A program made the translations under genes and the position numbers. From positions 6,265,363 to 6,329,362 of the forward strand of contig NC_068986.1 in NCBI RefSeq assembly GCF_001194135.2: a stretch of 64,000 bases of DNA, in the 5' to 3' direction. The DNA comes from Octopus bimaculoides. Its lineage: Eukaryota. The notes under the pieces were generated by a model. That model ran no database searches. It was not told the DNA's origin and was given only the letters and a program-made list of their open reading frames with translations. Positions 12,270 to 24,637 of the stretch are shown piece after piece (position 1 is the stretch's first letter; every line of letters begins with the position of its first letter).

Positions 12270-13250
12270 GTGATTCTTTAGAGGCATCATTGATTTCTTT
12301 TTTTTTCTTGTGAACTTTGATAAGTCCTTAGAAGAAACAGTTCTGGCTATATAATTTGATTTCTTTATTAGTTAAGCCTTTTCCGTGCCACTTTATGTTA
12401 AGTTTAGACATTGTTTTTGTTTGTTGATAGTTGTTCACTATTGTATAATGGGTGGTGCCTTGAAGTAAAGTTAATGTAGCATTTTTGTCTTGTTCTATAA
12501 TCATAAAAACTGCAGCACTTCCCTTTTCAGCTTCTTTTATAATTATGTTGTTGTTGTTTTTTAGGTCATATATAGTTTCCCATTCTATTTGACAAATGTT
12601 AGACTTCAGTTTAAGAAGTGGAAGTTCATTGTAAAGAAAGGTGGATATAGTTCAGCGTTTTTCTTTTCTCTCTTTTGTTGAGATGCTGCTGTTTTTGTTT
12701 TGCACAATAGACGATCAGTGTTTTCTTTATTGAAAAGTTCTTCTGTTAATCTTAATTTTCTACAAAAATTTTAGATGTTATCTCGTAGTTCACTGAGGTT
12801 AGGATACTATAGTACTGGGGTAAATTTTAGACTTTTTGAAAGGGTTTGGATTTGTTCTTTTGAGAGTTTTAAGTTGGAAAGGTTGATTATTTGGGGTTTC
12901 TTACCTTTCTTTATCTTGTACAGACAGGTGTTTTGAAATCTTTCTGCTGGGTTTAAAAATGGTTTATGACATTTGTTCTTTTGGTTGTGTTCCTAGGCCT
13001 ATGGTTATATATTCCGTTTCTTTCCAGTTTTCAGGTAATTGTTATCATTTATGTGTCTGAAAAAAGGCTGTTCATGTCTAAGATAGTTTCTCCAGTCATA
13101 ACTGCTCTTTCTTTGCATATATTTGAATATCTGATTTTGAAAGGTGTTTGGTCTTGGTGGAGAGGGGTTTGGGAATCTTTTAGTGAGTTTATTTTGTTGT
13201 CAGGGGAACCTGGAATTGGTGTTGTTACTTGCAAATTTTTGGTGGGTAAA
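12270..13250 (-). mobile_element. Decayed Penelope-like element, N-terminal RT-ORF region
   Basis: SKSLKFTPVL*YPNLSELRDNI*NFCRKLRLTEELF (~12730-12840) and NIIIKEAEKGSAAVFM (12501-12549), matching the PLE motifs SKGLKF.P and IIIK.ADKGS.VV.M. Confidence 0.7.
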
Positions 13251-13264
13251 ATTCTTAATTTTTG

Positions 13265-14815
13265 ATACTTGTTTTGTCATTTGTGAATAAAACAGTTTTT
13301 ATCAAAATTTCCAACTCCATGTATTTGTCAACAGTTTTGACTTTTACTTCATTTCTGCTGGCTCTAAGACACAATAACTGGATTTGCATGACAATGAAGT
13401 AGATGCTGAACAGGGTAGGAGAAAGCACGCATCCCTGTTTTACCCCACATTGAACATCAAAGGGTTCTGAGGTGTTTCTGTTGAATTGTACTGTGGCATT
13501 CATGTACAAATGGAAAAATTCAAGGATGTGGAGCAGTCAAGGAGGACACTCAATCTTCCTAAGAACTTGGAACAACTTATTCCTACTCACCATGTTTGAT
13601 GCCTTCATCAAGTCAATGCATGCAATGTAGAGGGGTTGGTTCTGTTCCCTGCACTTCTCTTGTAATTGCCTATGGGAGAAAATCATATTCATCATGGATC
13701 GTCCGGATTTGAAACCACCTTGAGATTCCGTGTAGATCCTTTCTGCAACTTTCTGAACTTGGTCAAGAGCCACACAAGCAAATGCCTTCCCGATGACGCT
13801 GAGCAATGATGTACCTCTATAGCTGTCACAGTGACTCCTGTTTCCTTTGTTTTTATACAACGTGACAATTTTACTGTCTTTCATATATTACTGGGTATCT
13901 CCCCTTCCTCCCAGCAATGACACAGGATATGGTGGAGTTGGTGTAGGATGTCTTTTTCCGAACACTTGTTAACTTCAGCTGGTATCCATCTAGTCGAGGT
14001 GCTTTTCCAGTTGGTAGTGAGTCAAGTACTTTTTCTAATTTCTCTATGGTTGGGGGTATGTCCAGTTCGTATCTAGGCTCAACAATTATGGATGGCCTTA
14101 CACTCGACCAGGAGCTGAACAGGAGAATTGGGTTACCAGCTTTGACCTTTGCCAAATTAGCTCAAAAAGTGTGGTTAAATGATAAACTGACAAGATCCAT
14201 CAAATTCACAGTCTATAAAGCAATTGTCCTCAGCACCTTGTTATATGGCAGTGAGACCTGGCGCCTTTATGCCAGACAAGTGTGCCACCTGAATGCCTTC
14301 CATTTGCACAAACATTGGAGTATTCTTGGGGTCAAGTGGAATGACTGCATCACCAACAGCGAGATATTTACCCATTCTCAGCTATTAACTACTTTCACAC
14401 TACTTCGCTGGTTGAGACACTTATGCACTGGATGCCTGATGGGAGGTTACCAAAATATATACTGTATGGGGAGCTAGCCTCTGGCAGACATACTCATGGA
14501 CAGCCACATCTCTGTTTCAAGGATGTGTGCAAACGTGACATGAAGGCCATGAGTATGAATACCAAAACCTGGAAGAATATGACAAAAGACCGTTCCTGCA
14601 GGAGACAGATACTCAGTACTACCCTGATGGAAGGAGAAGATCACATATATCAGACAGCAGAGGACAGACAGAGATGCAGGAAGACTGAGCCACCAACAAA
14701 CGACCAACCAACCAACCAACCACGTCACTCACACATTGGCCTTGTCAGTCACAAGTGATGCTGCAACACCAATCCAATCCAAGGTGCAGATCCATAGTCT
14801 TTCAAGACTAACGGA
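13265..14815. mobile_element. RTE-BovB-like LINE with 5' inversion (minus 13265-14068, plus 14069-14815)
   Basis: Minus arm: ELDIPPT...GKAP, LYKNKGNRSHCDSYRGTSLLS...QGGFKSGRS, GVKQGCVLSPTLF, LFTND. Plus arm: YLGS...LLYGSETW...GRLPKYILYGELASG...FKDVCKRDMK. Confidence 0.9.
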
Positions 14816-14990
14816 TTCCAATCATATCTGAAAATCTTTCATCACACATCTTGTATAACCTCTTCAGCAACTCTCCATCCCACGTGCCCCTGCCTATTCT
14901 GTTAAATCCATTCTCTAAAAGATAAAGCTTATAGTACAAAACAGTGTGTTGAAGCTAAAATTGTGACAGAATTGAAAACATATATATTAA

Positions 14991-15161
14991 CCATTCAAAA
15001 AACACACAAAAACTGTTAACATCAATTCAGAATTTATTATTTGGTGTCAAAATTTCGTTGTGCCAACTGCAACCTGTTTTACTGATGTGGTTCCACAGTG
15101 ATGACAATTTTGACACGAAATAAATATTGAAGTAAAGTAACAGTCTTGTGTTTTTGAATGG
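14991..15161. mobile_element. TTAA-flanked MITE (piggyBac-like)
   Basis: Imperfect TIRs of ~65 bp (ccattcaaaaaacac.../...gtgtttttgaatgg), with TTAA at 14987-90 and 15162-65. Confidence 0.7.
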
Positions 15162-15324
15162 TTAATATGAATTTTCCCACTATATCTATATATTATGAAT
15201 GGTAATTATACGTAGCTGTGTGTGTATGCATGTGAGTGTAAAACAGTGAGTTGTCTAATAAACAAATCAATGCAAACAACCTTCTACTTTCAGTAAATTT
15301 TGTGACAATGGATGATGTCTTTCA

Positions 15325-15745
15325 TCATCTTTTATCTTTTACTTGTTTCACTCATTGGACTGTGAATGTATTGGGTTTAGTTGAAGAAATTGACCCAGGA
15401 CTTATTTTCCGATTTTTTTCAGTCTGGTATTTATTCTATTAGACTCTTTGCCAAACCACTAAGTTATAGGGATATAAACAAACCAGCGACAGTTCTCAAG
15501 CATTAGTGGTAGGAACAAACACAATCACAATGATACCACACACACACATATGTATAAATAGATAGCTGGATATACAATAGGTTTCCACACAGTTTCTATT
15601 TACCAAATTCTCTCACAAGGCATTGGTTGGGCCAGGGTCATAGCAGAAGATACTTGCCTGAGGTACTGTGCAGTGGGATTGAACCCAAAACCATGTAATT
15701 GCATAGTGAGTTCCTTAATCACGTAGCCATGGCTGTACCTATATA
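15325..15745 (-). mobile_element. Old SINE family A copy
   Basis: Degenerate tail (tcttttacttgtttcactcattggactg) and head (gtgggattgaacccaaaaccatg). Confidence 0.65.
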
Positions 15746-16639
15746 CCATGGTATTTTGACAAATTTTACCAAAGGGTTAAACCTGGAAGTCTATGCCAGT
15801 AGTTATATACCTACATTATATTTTGAGTTAGTATGTATACCACACACACACACACACACACACATACACACACACACAAGCACTCAGACCTTAGTCCATT
15901 GTAGTTGAGTGTTGCTGTAATTGAAATGCTCTTAAATTTCTGGTTATAATTAATGAAGTGAACAAAAATCTGAATACAACCTACTTTGACTGTGACAATA
16001 CACCTCTGTCATATCGATAGATATGTATACGCACATACACGCTCATCTGTTAGAGTGACATGGATCGTTTAGTGATCCTGAAGCATGACTGATGATTTTG
16101 CATGGTGATTTTGTTTGAAATGGAGAAGAATTATGCACCATCAAGCTCACTCTTTCATCCGTGACCATCTTCAATTCAGTGGTGAGATCAGATCAAAACA
16201 ACTGGGAATGAAGACAGATGCAGTGGATAACCAAGACATCTTGCATGTTTCATCTTTCTTCATCTTGCTCTTTGCACATCAAATTGCATTGCTGCAGCCA
16301 CCTTCTCCTACGTTGAACCATGAAGGTTTCTTCCACAGAGTCCAGTGGATCCAGTCTTCACACGTATGTGTAGACAAGCTCTAATATGCTAATTAACCCA
16401 CAGCTGGAACCCTGACAGGTAACAGTAGACTCGGGAACAATATTAGCTGAGAGGTGGTTTCATATTTCTCAAAATTCAGGAACTCCTGAACTAGAGCCCT
16501 CAGGCAGATGCAGTCTAAAGTCATACCCTAGACACATACATACATGCATACATACATACATACATGCACACATACCTGCATGCATACTTACATACATACC
16601 TACATACCTACATACATACATACATACATACATACATAC

Positions 16640-17290
16640 ATACACTGTTTAATGAGATCTGTCGGAAGGATAACTCTGAGGCCAAAGAAACAAGAACACA
16701 AAATAAGATCCCGCAGTATGGTACAAGCCATAGCCACTCATAATTAAAAGGAGTACTAGTGGAATGTCCCAGTGAAAACCTCAATAAAATGTAAACATAA
16801 TATACCAGACAAAGTGATTTGGGATGAAGAAGAGAAATTGTGTACATTAGTGGAAATCGTGAAAAAGAAAATACCTATTTTGAAATTTACAGTTAATCTA
16901 CCCAGATGACAAGTTCAGGTTCATACCTGTAATTATTGGAGCACTAAGATATGTAACACACTGCCAAAGTACCAGTCTTGAGAAATTAGGCTTCTTGAAA
17001 CCAGAAAGCAGAAAGCTGATTCAAAGACTACAGATCCAAGCTATCACTAGAACTGTAAATATTTGTAAAGCTTTCCAGAAGTTTATCATTTAAGTATATA
17101 TGAGCAGGTCTAGATATGGAAATATATGCATGAGAAGACACACATAAAGCAAAACATACAAATCTGCATGCATATCCACAAACATACACAAATACCCTGT
17201 TGATGTTGAAATTCTAATGAAGGAGCTTTGGATCTAAGTTAGAAACAGGCTCTTCCTCTATTGGCAAGAAATCTGTAAATAAAAATAAAT
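16640..17290 (+). mobile_element. R4/Dong-clade LINE 3' fragment (restriction-like endonuclease end plus 3'UTR)
   Basis: WNVPVKTSIKC...PDKVIWDEEEKLCTLVEI...FRFIPVIIGAL...LQIQAIT..VNICK; paralogous to 17860-18500. Confidence 0.75.
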
Positions 17291-17379
17291 AATGACATAA
17301 ATACATACATACGTACATACATACATACATACATCTTTTAACCACCAAGTGTCAAAGTGCATCCCTTGACCAAGTTTGC

Positions 17380-18500
17380 ATGCATGATGCTGACTTGGAA
17401 GGCAGCTCCTTGAGCAACACTCTTTGCCTAATAACCTAGAATACATGTTCAAAGAAGTCACACAACTCTGTTGCAAAGTATCATCAGATGAAAGGACGAG
17501 CTTATATGAGCAGAAGACTATGCATGGATATGTTACTAGAAAGCTCCGTGATGATAGTAACATCAATCATCGAAGCAGTTTATTGTGGACCAATAGCTGG
17601 ATTACTACCTCTCACTTTGAAGGGTATGTGTTTACAATCTAGGAGCAGGAAATATCAACCAAGTACTTGATGCACAAAAGGGACAGAGATGCAGGTAAAG
17701 CCATAAATTGTGACAACCAATGCAGACTGTATGGAGTTCACACTGAAGATATCACCCACATCATAAGCAATTGTTTGAAAATGTCATCATGGTATTATCT
17801 ACCGATGAGACATGATGTTGTAGCTATAATGAAATCCATTGGAAGGATAATCCTGAGGACAAAGAAATAAGAACCTACAATATGGTAAAAGCCATAGCTG
17901 CTCATAATAATAAGGAGCACTAGTGGAATGTACTAGTGAAGACCTCAATAAAATGTAAGCACAACAGACCTGATATAATGATTTAGGATAGAGAAGAGAA
18001 ACTGTGCACAGTTGTGGAAATTAGCTGCCCAGGGGATGTTAACATAAAGCTGAAGATTAGTGAAAAAGAGAATACTTATGCTGATCTATTGAGAAATCTG
18101 GAGTTACTCTAATCCAGATTACAAGTTCAGGTTTATACCTGTAATTAGTGGGGCCCTGGGATGTGTAACACACTGCCTAAATAGTAATCTTGAGAAATTA
18201 GGCTTCTCAAAACCAGAAGGGAGAAAGCTAATTGGAAGACTACAGATCCAATCCATCACAGGAACTGTAAAAATCTAAAACTTTCCAGAAGTTCATCATT
18301 TAAATATATATGAGCATGTCTAAATATGCAACAATATGCATGAGAATACATAAATAAAACATACAAATCTGCAGATGCATGCATACATACATACATACAT
18401 ACGTACATACATACATACATACTAACATACATACATACATACATACAAACAAACAAACAAAAATACCCTGTTGTTGATGTTGAAATTCCAATGAAGGAGC
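17380..18500 (+). mobile_element. R4/Dong-clade LINE 3' fragment (CCHC, RHD and PD-(D/E)xK endonuclease)
   Basis: HFEGYVFTI*EQEISTKYL...CRLYGVHTEDITHIISNC...RHDVVA...KHNRPDIMI*DREEKLCTVVEISCP. Confidence 0.85.
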
Positions 18501-19297
18501 CTACTCATCACATTTAATACCATAAGCACAAACCAACACACACACACACACAGAATACCAACAACACCTATACATGAAGATTTTTAATACACCAAGATTA
18601 TATTTCAGAATGAATTTGACTATATTTTATAAGAAAAATGAATAAATCTCAACATATAAAGAAAGACATTGTACAAATATTAAAAAAAAATCCCAGACAG
18701 AGAACACTAATTGTCACTAGTTATAGCCAATGCAAAGACACAACAATACTGGTCTATATATAGTATGTTAGATCCTTAACAGATTATAGCTGTTCTATTT
18801 TGGTCAAAACCCATTCAATTCACAAATCACAACAAACTACAAAGACCACAGCGATAACTCACGTCACAGCTATACATGCACACACACAAACACAACAGTT
18901 TGATAACCCCGATCTACATGGTTGTTCAACTTGCTAGAAATAGCAGCCAAATCTCTTTCAAATCAAACCTTATCAAGTTAAAAAATGACAGAAAAGGTAA
19001 TTAAATGATACAGACCAACACAGGAAGATAGGAAGGTCTTCCTGTAAAAGACAGGATGGGGATGACTGGAACTTCTGGATCTAAACAACTGACATACTGC
19101 CTCTCATATGACAAACCACTGCATATCAGAATGTGCAGTGTGGTTCTTAGTAGGAAGAACCATGTTATATGTAGAGTGCTGGATATGTGGCGAGGGATGC
19201 CACTCAAGTTGTTTGACCAGCTACATATATGCCATAGTTCTACTTCATCATAGCTGATCCGATGGGATTTACACAACAACTAATAGAGAATGATATA

Positions 19298-19513
19298 CGA
19301 GGGGTGTTGAAAAGTTCCTGGCTTTAAGAGTATTGCAAAAGACATGGCTGGAGGCTCAACCTTCTGAGTTCTTTTACAGGGCTCAGAAAAACTGAAATAC
19401 CGCTGCAATAAGTGTGTGAATCCAAGAGTGGAATATGTTGAATAAAATCATTATTAACCGATTCCTCAGTATTTTCTTTTATCCAAGGCTAGAAACTTTT
19501 CAGCACTCCCTTG
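19298..19513. mobile_element. Mariner-type MITE (~216 bp)
   Basis: TIRs cgaggggtgttgaaaagttcctggctt / aggctagaaacttttcagcactcccttg, flanked by TA. Confidence 0.8.
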
Positions 19514-19959
19514 TATATAGGGTCACTGTTGGTCAATGTTCATCATGTATCTGCACATGTATGTACAAGCTTGGGAATGATTTTTGTTTAAGAAAGACTG
19601 GCACATGCCCATACATGCAAGTCTTGTCTCCCCACTAATGGCATTTATTCAAAGGAAAGTTGTCAACTTGGGCTGATACAGCTTAACATTAATCTTATTG
19701 CAGGCATTACTGTCTGAACACAAGAAGCTGGAACTGATACTCAAGGCATCATACCCAACTCTCTGACAGTTCTGGTAATCCACCCAGAGCTGCCTTAAGA
19801 TATGGACACATGGGAAAATAACCTGAAGACCTCATGGGTCTAGGGGGCCTGTTCTGATCTATGTATTGCTGTGACTTGCTGTCAATAAATATATACAATA
19901 GACACCAGATAATTGATTTGTCTAGGGGCTTATAATGCTGCTAAGACACCCTTGTATCC

Positions 19960-20800
19960 ACCGCCTTGGTTTGGTTCTATTTTATCAACCTTGAAAGGAT
20001 GGAAGGTATAGTTACATCAGTGAGATTTGAACTCAGAACACAGAGAATTGAGACAAATACTATGAGGTATTCTATCAAATGCTCTAATGACTGTTAAATT
20101 CACTGCCTACACAATGGTTTCAAATTTTGGCACAAGATGAGTGATTTTTTTTTTAGGGTTGAAGATAAGTCAATTACATTGACCCAAGTGCTCAACTGGC
20201 ACTTATTTTATTGACCTCTGAAAGGATGAAAGGCAATGTTGATCCAGAATGCAAAAAGCCAGAAGAAATTCTGCTAAGCATTTTGTCTGATGTGCAAATG
20301 ATTCTACTAGCTTGTTGCCTTGCTAATAAGAATAATAGTGTGACATTTTGGAACAAAGCCAGTAATTTTAGTGGGAAGGTTTAAGTTGATCACATTGACT
20401 CCAGCGTTCAACTGGTGCTTGTTTTATCAACCTTAAAATGATGAAAGACAAAGCTACCCTCAGCAGAATTTGAACTCAGAAGGTAAAGAACCAGAAGAAA
20501 TGCTTATTTCTTTATCGGCCCACAAGGGGGCTAAATATAGAGGGGACAAACAAGGACAGACAAAGGGATTAAGTCGATTACATCGACTACAGTGCGTAAC
20601 TGGTACTTATTTAATCGACCCCGAAAGGATGAAAGGCAGAGTCGACCTCGGCGGAATTTGAACTCAAAACCGTAGCGGTAGACGAAATACCGTTAAGCAT
20701 TTCGCCTGGCGTGCTAACGTTTCTGCCAGCTCGATGCCTTCCAGAAGAAATGCTGTTAAGCGTTTTCTCCAATCTGCTAGTGATTCTGCCAGTTTGACAT
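19960..20800 (-). mobile_element. Cluster of co-oriented family B SINEs; young copy 20505-20740 nested in an older one
   Basis: Four copies of the gaaaggatgaaaggc...gaatttgaactcaga motif. A 14-bp TSD ccagaagaaatgct lies at 20491-504 and 20741-54. Confidence 0.85.
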
Positions 20801-21126
20801 GGACAACAACAGCATGACTCAGGGNNNNNNNNNNNNNNNNNNNNNNNNNNNNNNNNNNNNNNNNNNNNNNNNNNNNNNNNNNNNNNNNNNNNNNNNNNNN
20901 NNNNNNNNNNNNNNNNNNNNNNNNNNNNNNNNNNNNNNNNNNNNNNNNNNNNNNNNNNNNNNNNNNNNNNNNNNNNNNNNNNNNNNNNNNNNNNNNNNNN
21001 NNNNNNNNNNNNNNNNNNNNNNNNNNNNNNNNNNNNNNNNNNNNNNNNNNNNNNNNNNNNNNNNNNNNNNNNNNNNNNNNNNNNNNNNNNNNNNNNNNNN
21101 NNNNNNNNNNNNNNNNNNNNNNNNNN

Positions 21127-21160
<34 letters not shown>

Positions 21161-21671
21161 TTTTTTCTTCTAAAATCAGTATATGAGTATATGTAGTTAA
21201 CTAAACAAAATCCTAGCAGAGGTTATACTAGATTAACAGTCCCAGATTTTGAATTACCTTGACTGAGTTACTTTCAAATTATATTCATACATATATACAT
21301 ACATACATACATACATTGTAAACAAACACCTGAGTTGACCTAATTCATAGATTTAACAATAATGTATGGTTGACAATTGAAATATCACATGGCTTAATCT
21401 ATCAGTCACACAGTCAGTCTGTCTGTGTGTCTGACACTCAGGTTGTCTATCTGTCTGTCTGTCTTAAAATGTGTATACATGCGTGTGCACACACACAGAA
21501 ACACAGACATAAACACACCCACACACATACAAAGTTTGCTACCCAACTATTCGGCATTTCAGGTTTAGTTCCATTGTATGCCACCTTTGGTAGGTGTTTT
21601 CTACTGTAGCCCATGGCTAATCAAATCTTTGTCAGTGAATTTAATGAGCAGAAAATGAAAAAATGTCTATC

Positions 21672-21714
<43 letters not shown>

Positions 21715-21736
21715 CATATATACATACATACATACA

Positions 21737-23868
21737 TCTTATATATTAAAAGGCAAGTTGTCTGTGTGTGTGTGTTGTATGAATCACTTCTACTCCTGCA
21801 ATTTTCAACCGAATTTCACTAAATTTGATGTGTGTGCTCTCTTTGACTTACGACACCTTTTCTTATAATTTTTTCCTCGAAATTCTGTGCCCCCAACATA
21901 AATAGACTATTCTCATTTCGCCTAGGATTTGAACTCACCATGTCTATGCAGCGGTACACGGTTGATCTTATATATTAAAAGGCAAATTGTCTGTCTGTGT
22001 GTGTGTTGTGTGAACCACTTCTACTCCTACAATTTTCAACCAATTTCACCAAATTTGACATATGTACTCTCTTTGACCTAGGACACTTTTTCTTATAATT
22101 TTTTCCTCGCAATTCCATGCCCCCAACATAAATAGACTACTTTCAATTTGCCTAGGATTTGGCTTGAGTCAGTGAAAAAATGTGACACCCACCCAGCTGG
22201 AAAAAATCAATACTTTACTTTGTCAGCTGTGGTGAGCTCTTATCAACTGCTTGCACAGTATTGCCAGCAGTATTCATTTACGAGTTACGATTTGCCTCTG
22301 TTTTCACGTGAGCACTCTTTTTCATATAATTATTCCAACTTAAACTAGCCACTTCAAAACTCTTACCCAAAATTAAAAATCCTTAATTCGGTCTGTTTGA
22401 TTAACATTTTTGCCAACTACATTTTACTATTTTTGGGGTACTACACATACACCACGCTTTCCTTAGGACTTTTTCTATTGCATAAACTGATAATTTTCCA
22501 CCATGCCTGAACGCAAAAGATCCAATGTAGGCCAGCAAACAAATGCTACAAAGAAAAGTAAATGTATTCATGCAAATGAATCTGCCGAGGACGCTGCCAG
22601 GAGGAACTCTCTCAATGCACTTAGGATGGCTTCAGTATGAAAAAGGGAAAGTGAAGAGCAGCGTTGTGATCGGTTAGCACATATTGCTGTGCAACGAGCA
22701 ACGTTCAGCAAGCTGAACAAGAAATGCTTCCTCTGCTGCTGCTGCATGAGTTTCAGAGACTGCAGCACAACACGCAGATTGACTTACAAGAGATGCTTCC
22801 TCAACTGCTGCTGCACGAACTGTAGAGACCGCAGCACAATGTGCAGTTTGACTTACAAAAGATTCTGCAGCAACTGCTGCTGTGCATGCTACAGAGACTG
22901 CAGGGGAAAGACAACAACGGATGTTGTTCTATGTGACAAACAGGAAAACATCAGGCAACCACACCCTTGTCACCTTATTTATTTCATAAGCATAATCTTC
23001 ACAGTACAGTACAGTTGGCACTCCGTCGCTTACGACGTCGAGAGTTCTCGTTGATCCGACCAACGGAACAGCCTGCTCGTGAAATTAACGTGCAAGTGGC
23101 TGAGCACTCCACAGACACGTGTACCCTTAACATAGTTCTCGGGGATATTCAGCGTGACACAGTGTGACAAGGCTGACCCTTTGAATTACAGGCACAACAG
23201 AAATAGGAAGAAAGAGTGAGAGAAAGTTGTGGTGAAAGAGTACAGCAGGGTTCGCCACCATCCCCTGCCAGAGCCTCATGGAGCTTTAGGTATTTTCGCT
23301 CAATAAACACTCACAACGCCCGGTCTGGGAATTGAAACCGCGATCCTATGACCGTGAGTCCGCTGCCTTAACCACTGGGCCATTGCGCCTCCACAATCTT
23401 CATAATATGTTCTCCATTAAGTGCCCCCAATTGTGAGGTAGTCAACAGATACTACACTTTTCCTCTTTTTTGCACAGGCCACACGTCAAATTTTTTATTC
23501 AGATAATGTTGTATGTGCAACCCAGCGAAACAGCAGGTAAACATACTATTTCTCTTTACGTCATATCTTTAGGCTCAACCTTTCCATCTGCTAAACAACA
23601 CACGTCAGCAGTTATGTAGTAAGGAAAATAAACTCAATTACTGCCAGTTTTTTACAGATCGATCTACTGTCCCAATGGAAAACAATGACAATGGTGTGGG
23701 TGTATGACTCTACATGTTCACTATTAAGCTAAATAAATCAAACAACACAAGGAACATCTGCCATTATGATTTCTTTCATTCAGTTCAGAGGTGCATCCGT
23801 GAATGGTCTAATAACCAAATAGGCATACTTAACAAACAGGCCCGGGCAACACCAGGTACACTTGCTAG
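21737..23868 (+). mobile_element. Non-autonomous Helitron with tandemly duplicated 5' end and RepHel N-terminal remnant
   Basis: A|TC start (21736/37), 229-bp 5' unit repeated at 21966, MPERKRSNVGQQT... remnant at ~22504, terminal hairpin cccgggcaacaccagg and CTAG|T end at 23865-69. Confidence 0.75.
23002..23394 (-). mobile_element. tRNA-derived SINE, family C
   Basis: Minus head ggcgcaatggcccagtggttaaggcagcggactcacggtcataggatcgcggtttcaattcc. TSD aatcttca at 22994-23001 and 23395-23402. Confidence 0.85.
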
Positions 23869-24180
23869 TATATATATAAAACTGAGAATGTGTGTGTGTG
23901 TGTGTATGTGTGTGTGTGTGTGTGTGCATCTCTAAAACTCGAGAACTACCCAACCGGTTTCATTCAAATTTTACACATGCGTTAGTTAGGGTCCATGTAG
24001 TGTCATGGGCCAAACAATTTTCAACTTCTTGCTTAATGCGAGCCCAGAGCAATCTCTTATCTCTTACACTATGTCAGTATTACGTATCAAAAGTGAAACA
24101 ATAACATCTCTATTGTAATGTGAGATACTTTTAGTTTAATAGTTTCACTATTAGTACTGAAAATATTAAAGTGAGACTAC
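23869..24180 (+). mobile_element. Second Helitron-like 5' end abutting the first Helitron's CTAG
   Basis: tatatatataaaactgagaa(tg)n...aaccggtttcattcaaattttacaca, the usual 5' layout of small Helitrons. No 3' end seen. Confidence 0.5.
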
Positions 24181-24203
24181 TATCTCTTATATATCTCACT
24201 TCT

Positions 24204-24252
24204 GTCTCCGATGAAGGGAAGTACTGGATCTTCCCAGAAACAGCTGTAAGAC
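24204..24252 (+). ncRNA. Minimal type I hammerhead ribozyme motif
   Basis: Stem I gtct/agac, core CCGATGA (U4C), stem II gggaag/cttccc, GAAA, stem III ac-agct-gt (palindromic), GUA cleavage after 24248. Confidence 0.7.
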
Positions 24253-24410
24253 TCTATCCATAAAATTCTTCAACCTTACCTTTGCTCTCTTTATCTTTTT
24301 GTTTTTATATATTTACATATATATTATATTATATATTACATATATATTATATCGCACCTTTCTTCCTCCTTTAACGCCGATGTGATATAATTTCTTGGGA
24401 GAGAAATACT

Positions 24411-24481
24411 TTTGCGGCTGAAGATAGCTTTGTATTGTCAATTATACACTGATATAAAGCTTGAAACACATGTACCGCAGA
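24411..24481 (+). ncRNA. Type I hammerhead ribozyme motif with long stem II
   Basis: Stem I tttgcgg/ccgcaga, CTGAAGA (24418-24), stem II agctttgtat/atataaagct, GAAAC (24463-67), acat loop, GUA (24472-74). Confidence 0.75.
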
Positions 24482-24601
24482 ATCCTTTGTGTTTTTGTTT
24501 TTTATTTTTTGCATTTACAATTTATTCTTTCACCTCAACCACGAGCTGGCATACACAGGTGCTTACAATTGTCAAGTATTGCCTCTAACCTTTACTTTAC
24601 C

Positions 24602-24637
<36 letters not shown>

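Noticed and set aside
22689-23054. Cys-rich 121-aa ORF
   Set aside because: Off-frame reading of internal repeats in the Helitron N-terminal remnant.
23340-23394. tRNA-like sequence (also the heads of the other SINE families)
   Set aside because: These are SINE heads continuing into SINE bodies with TSDs, not tRNA genes.
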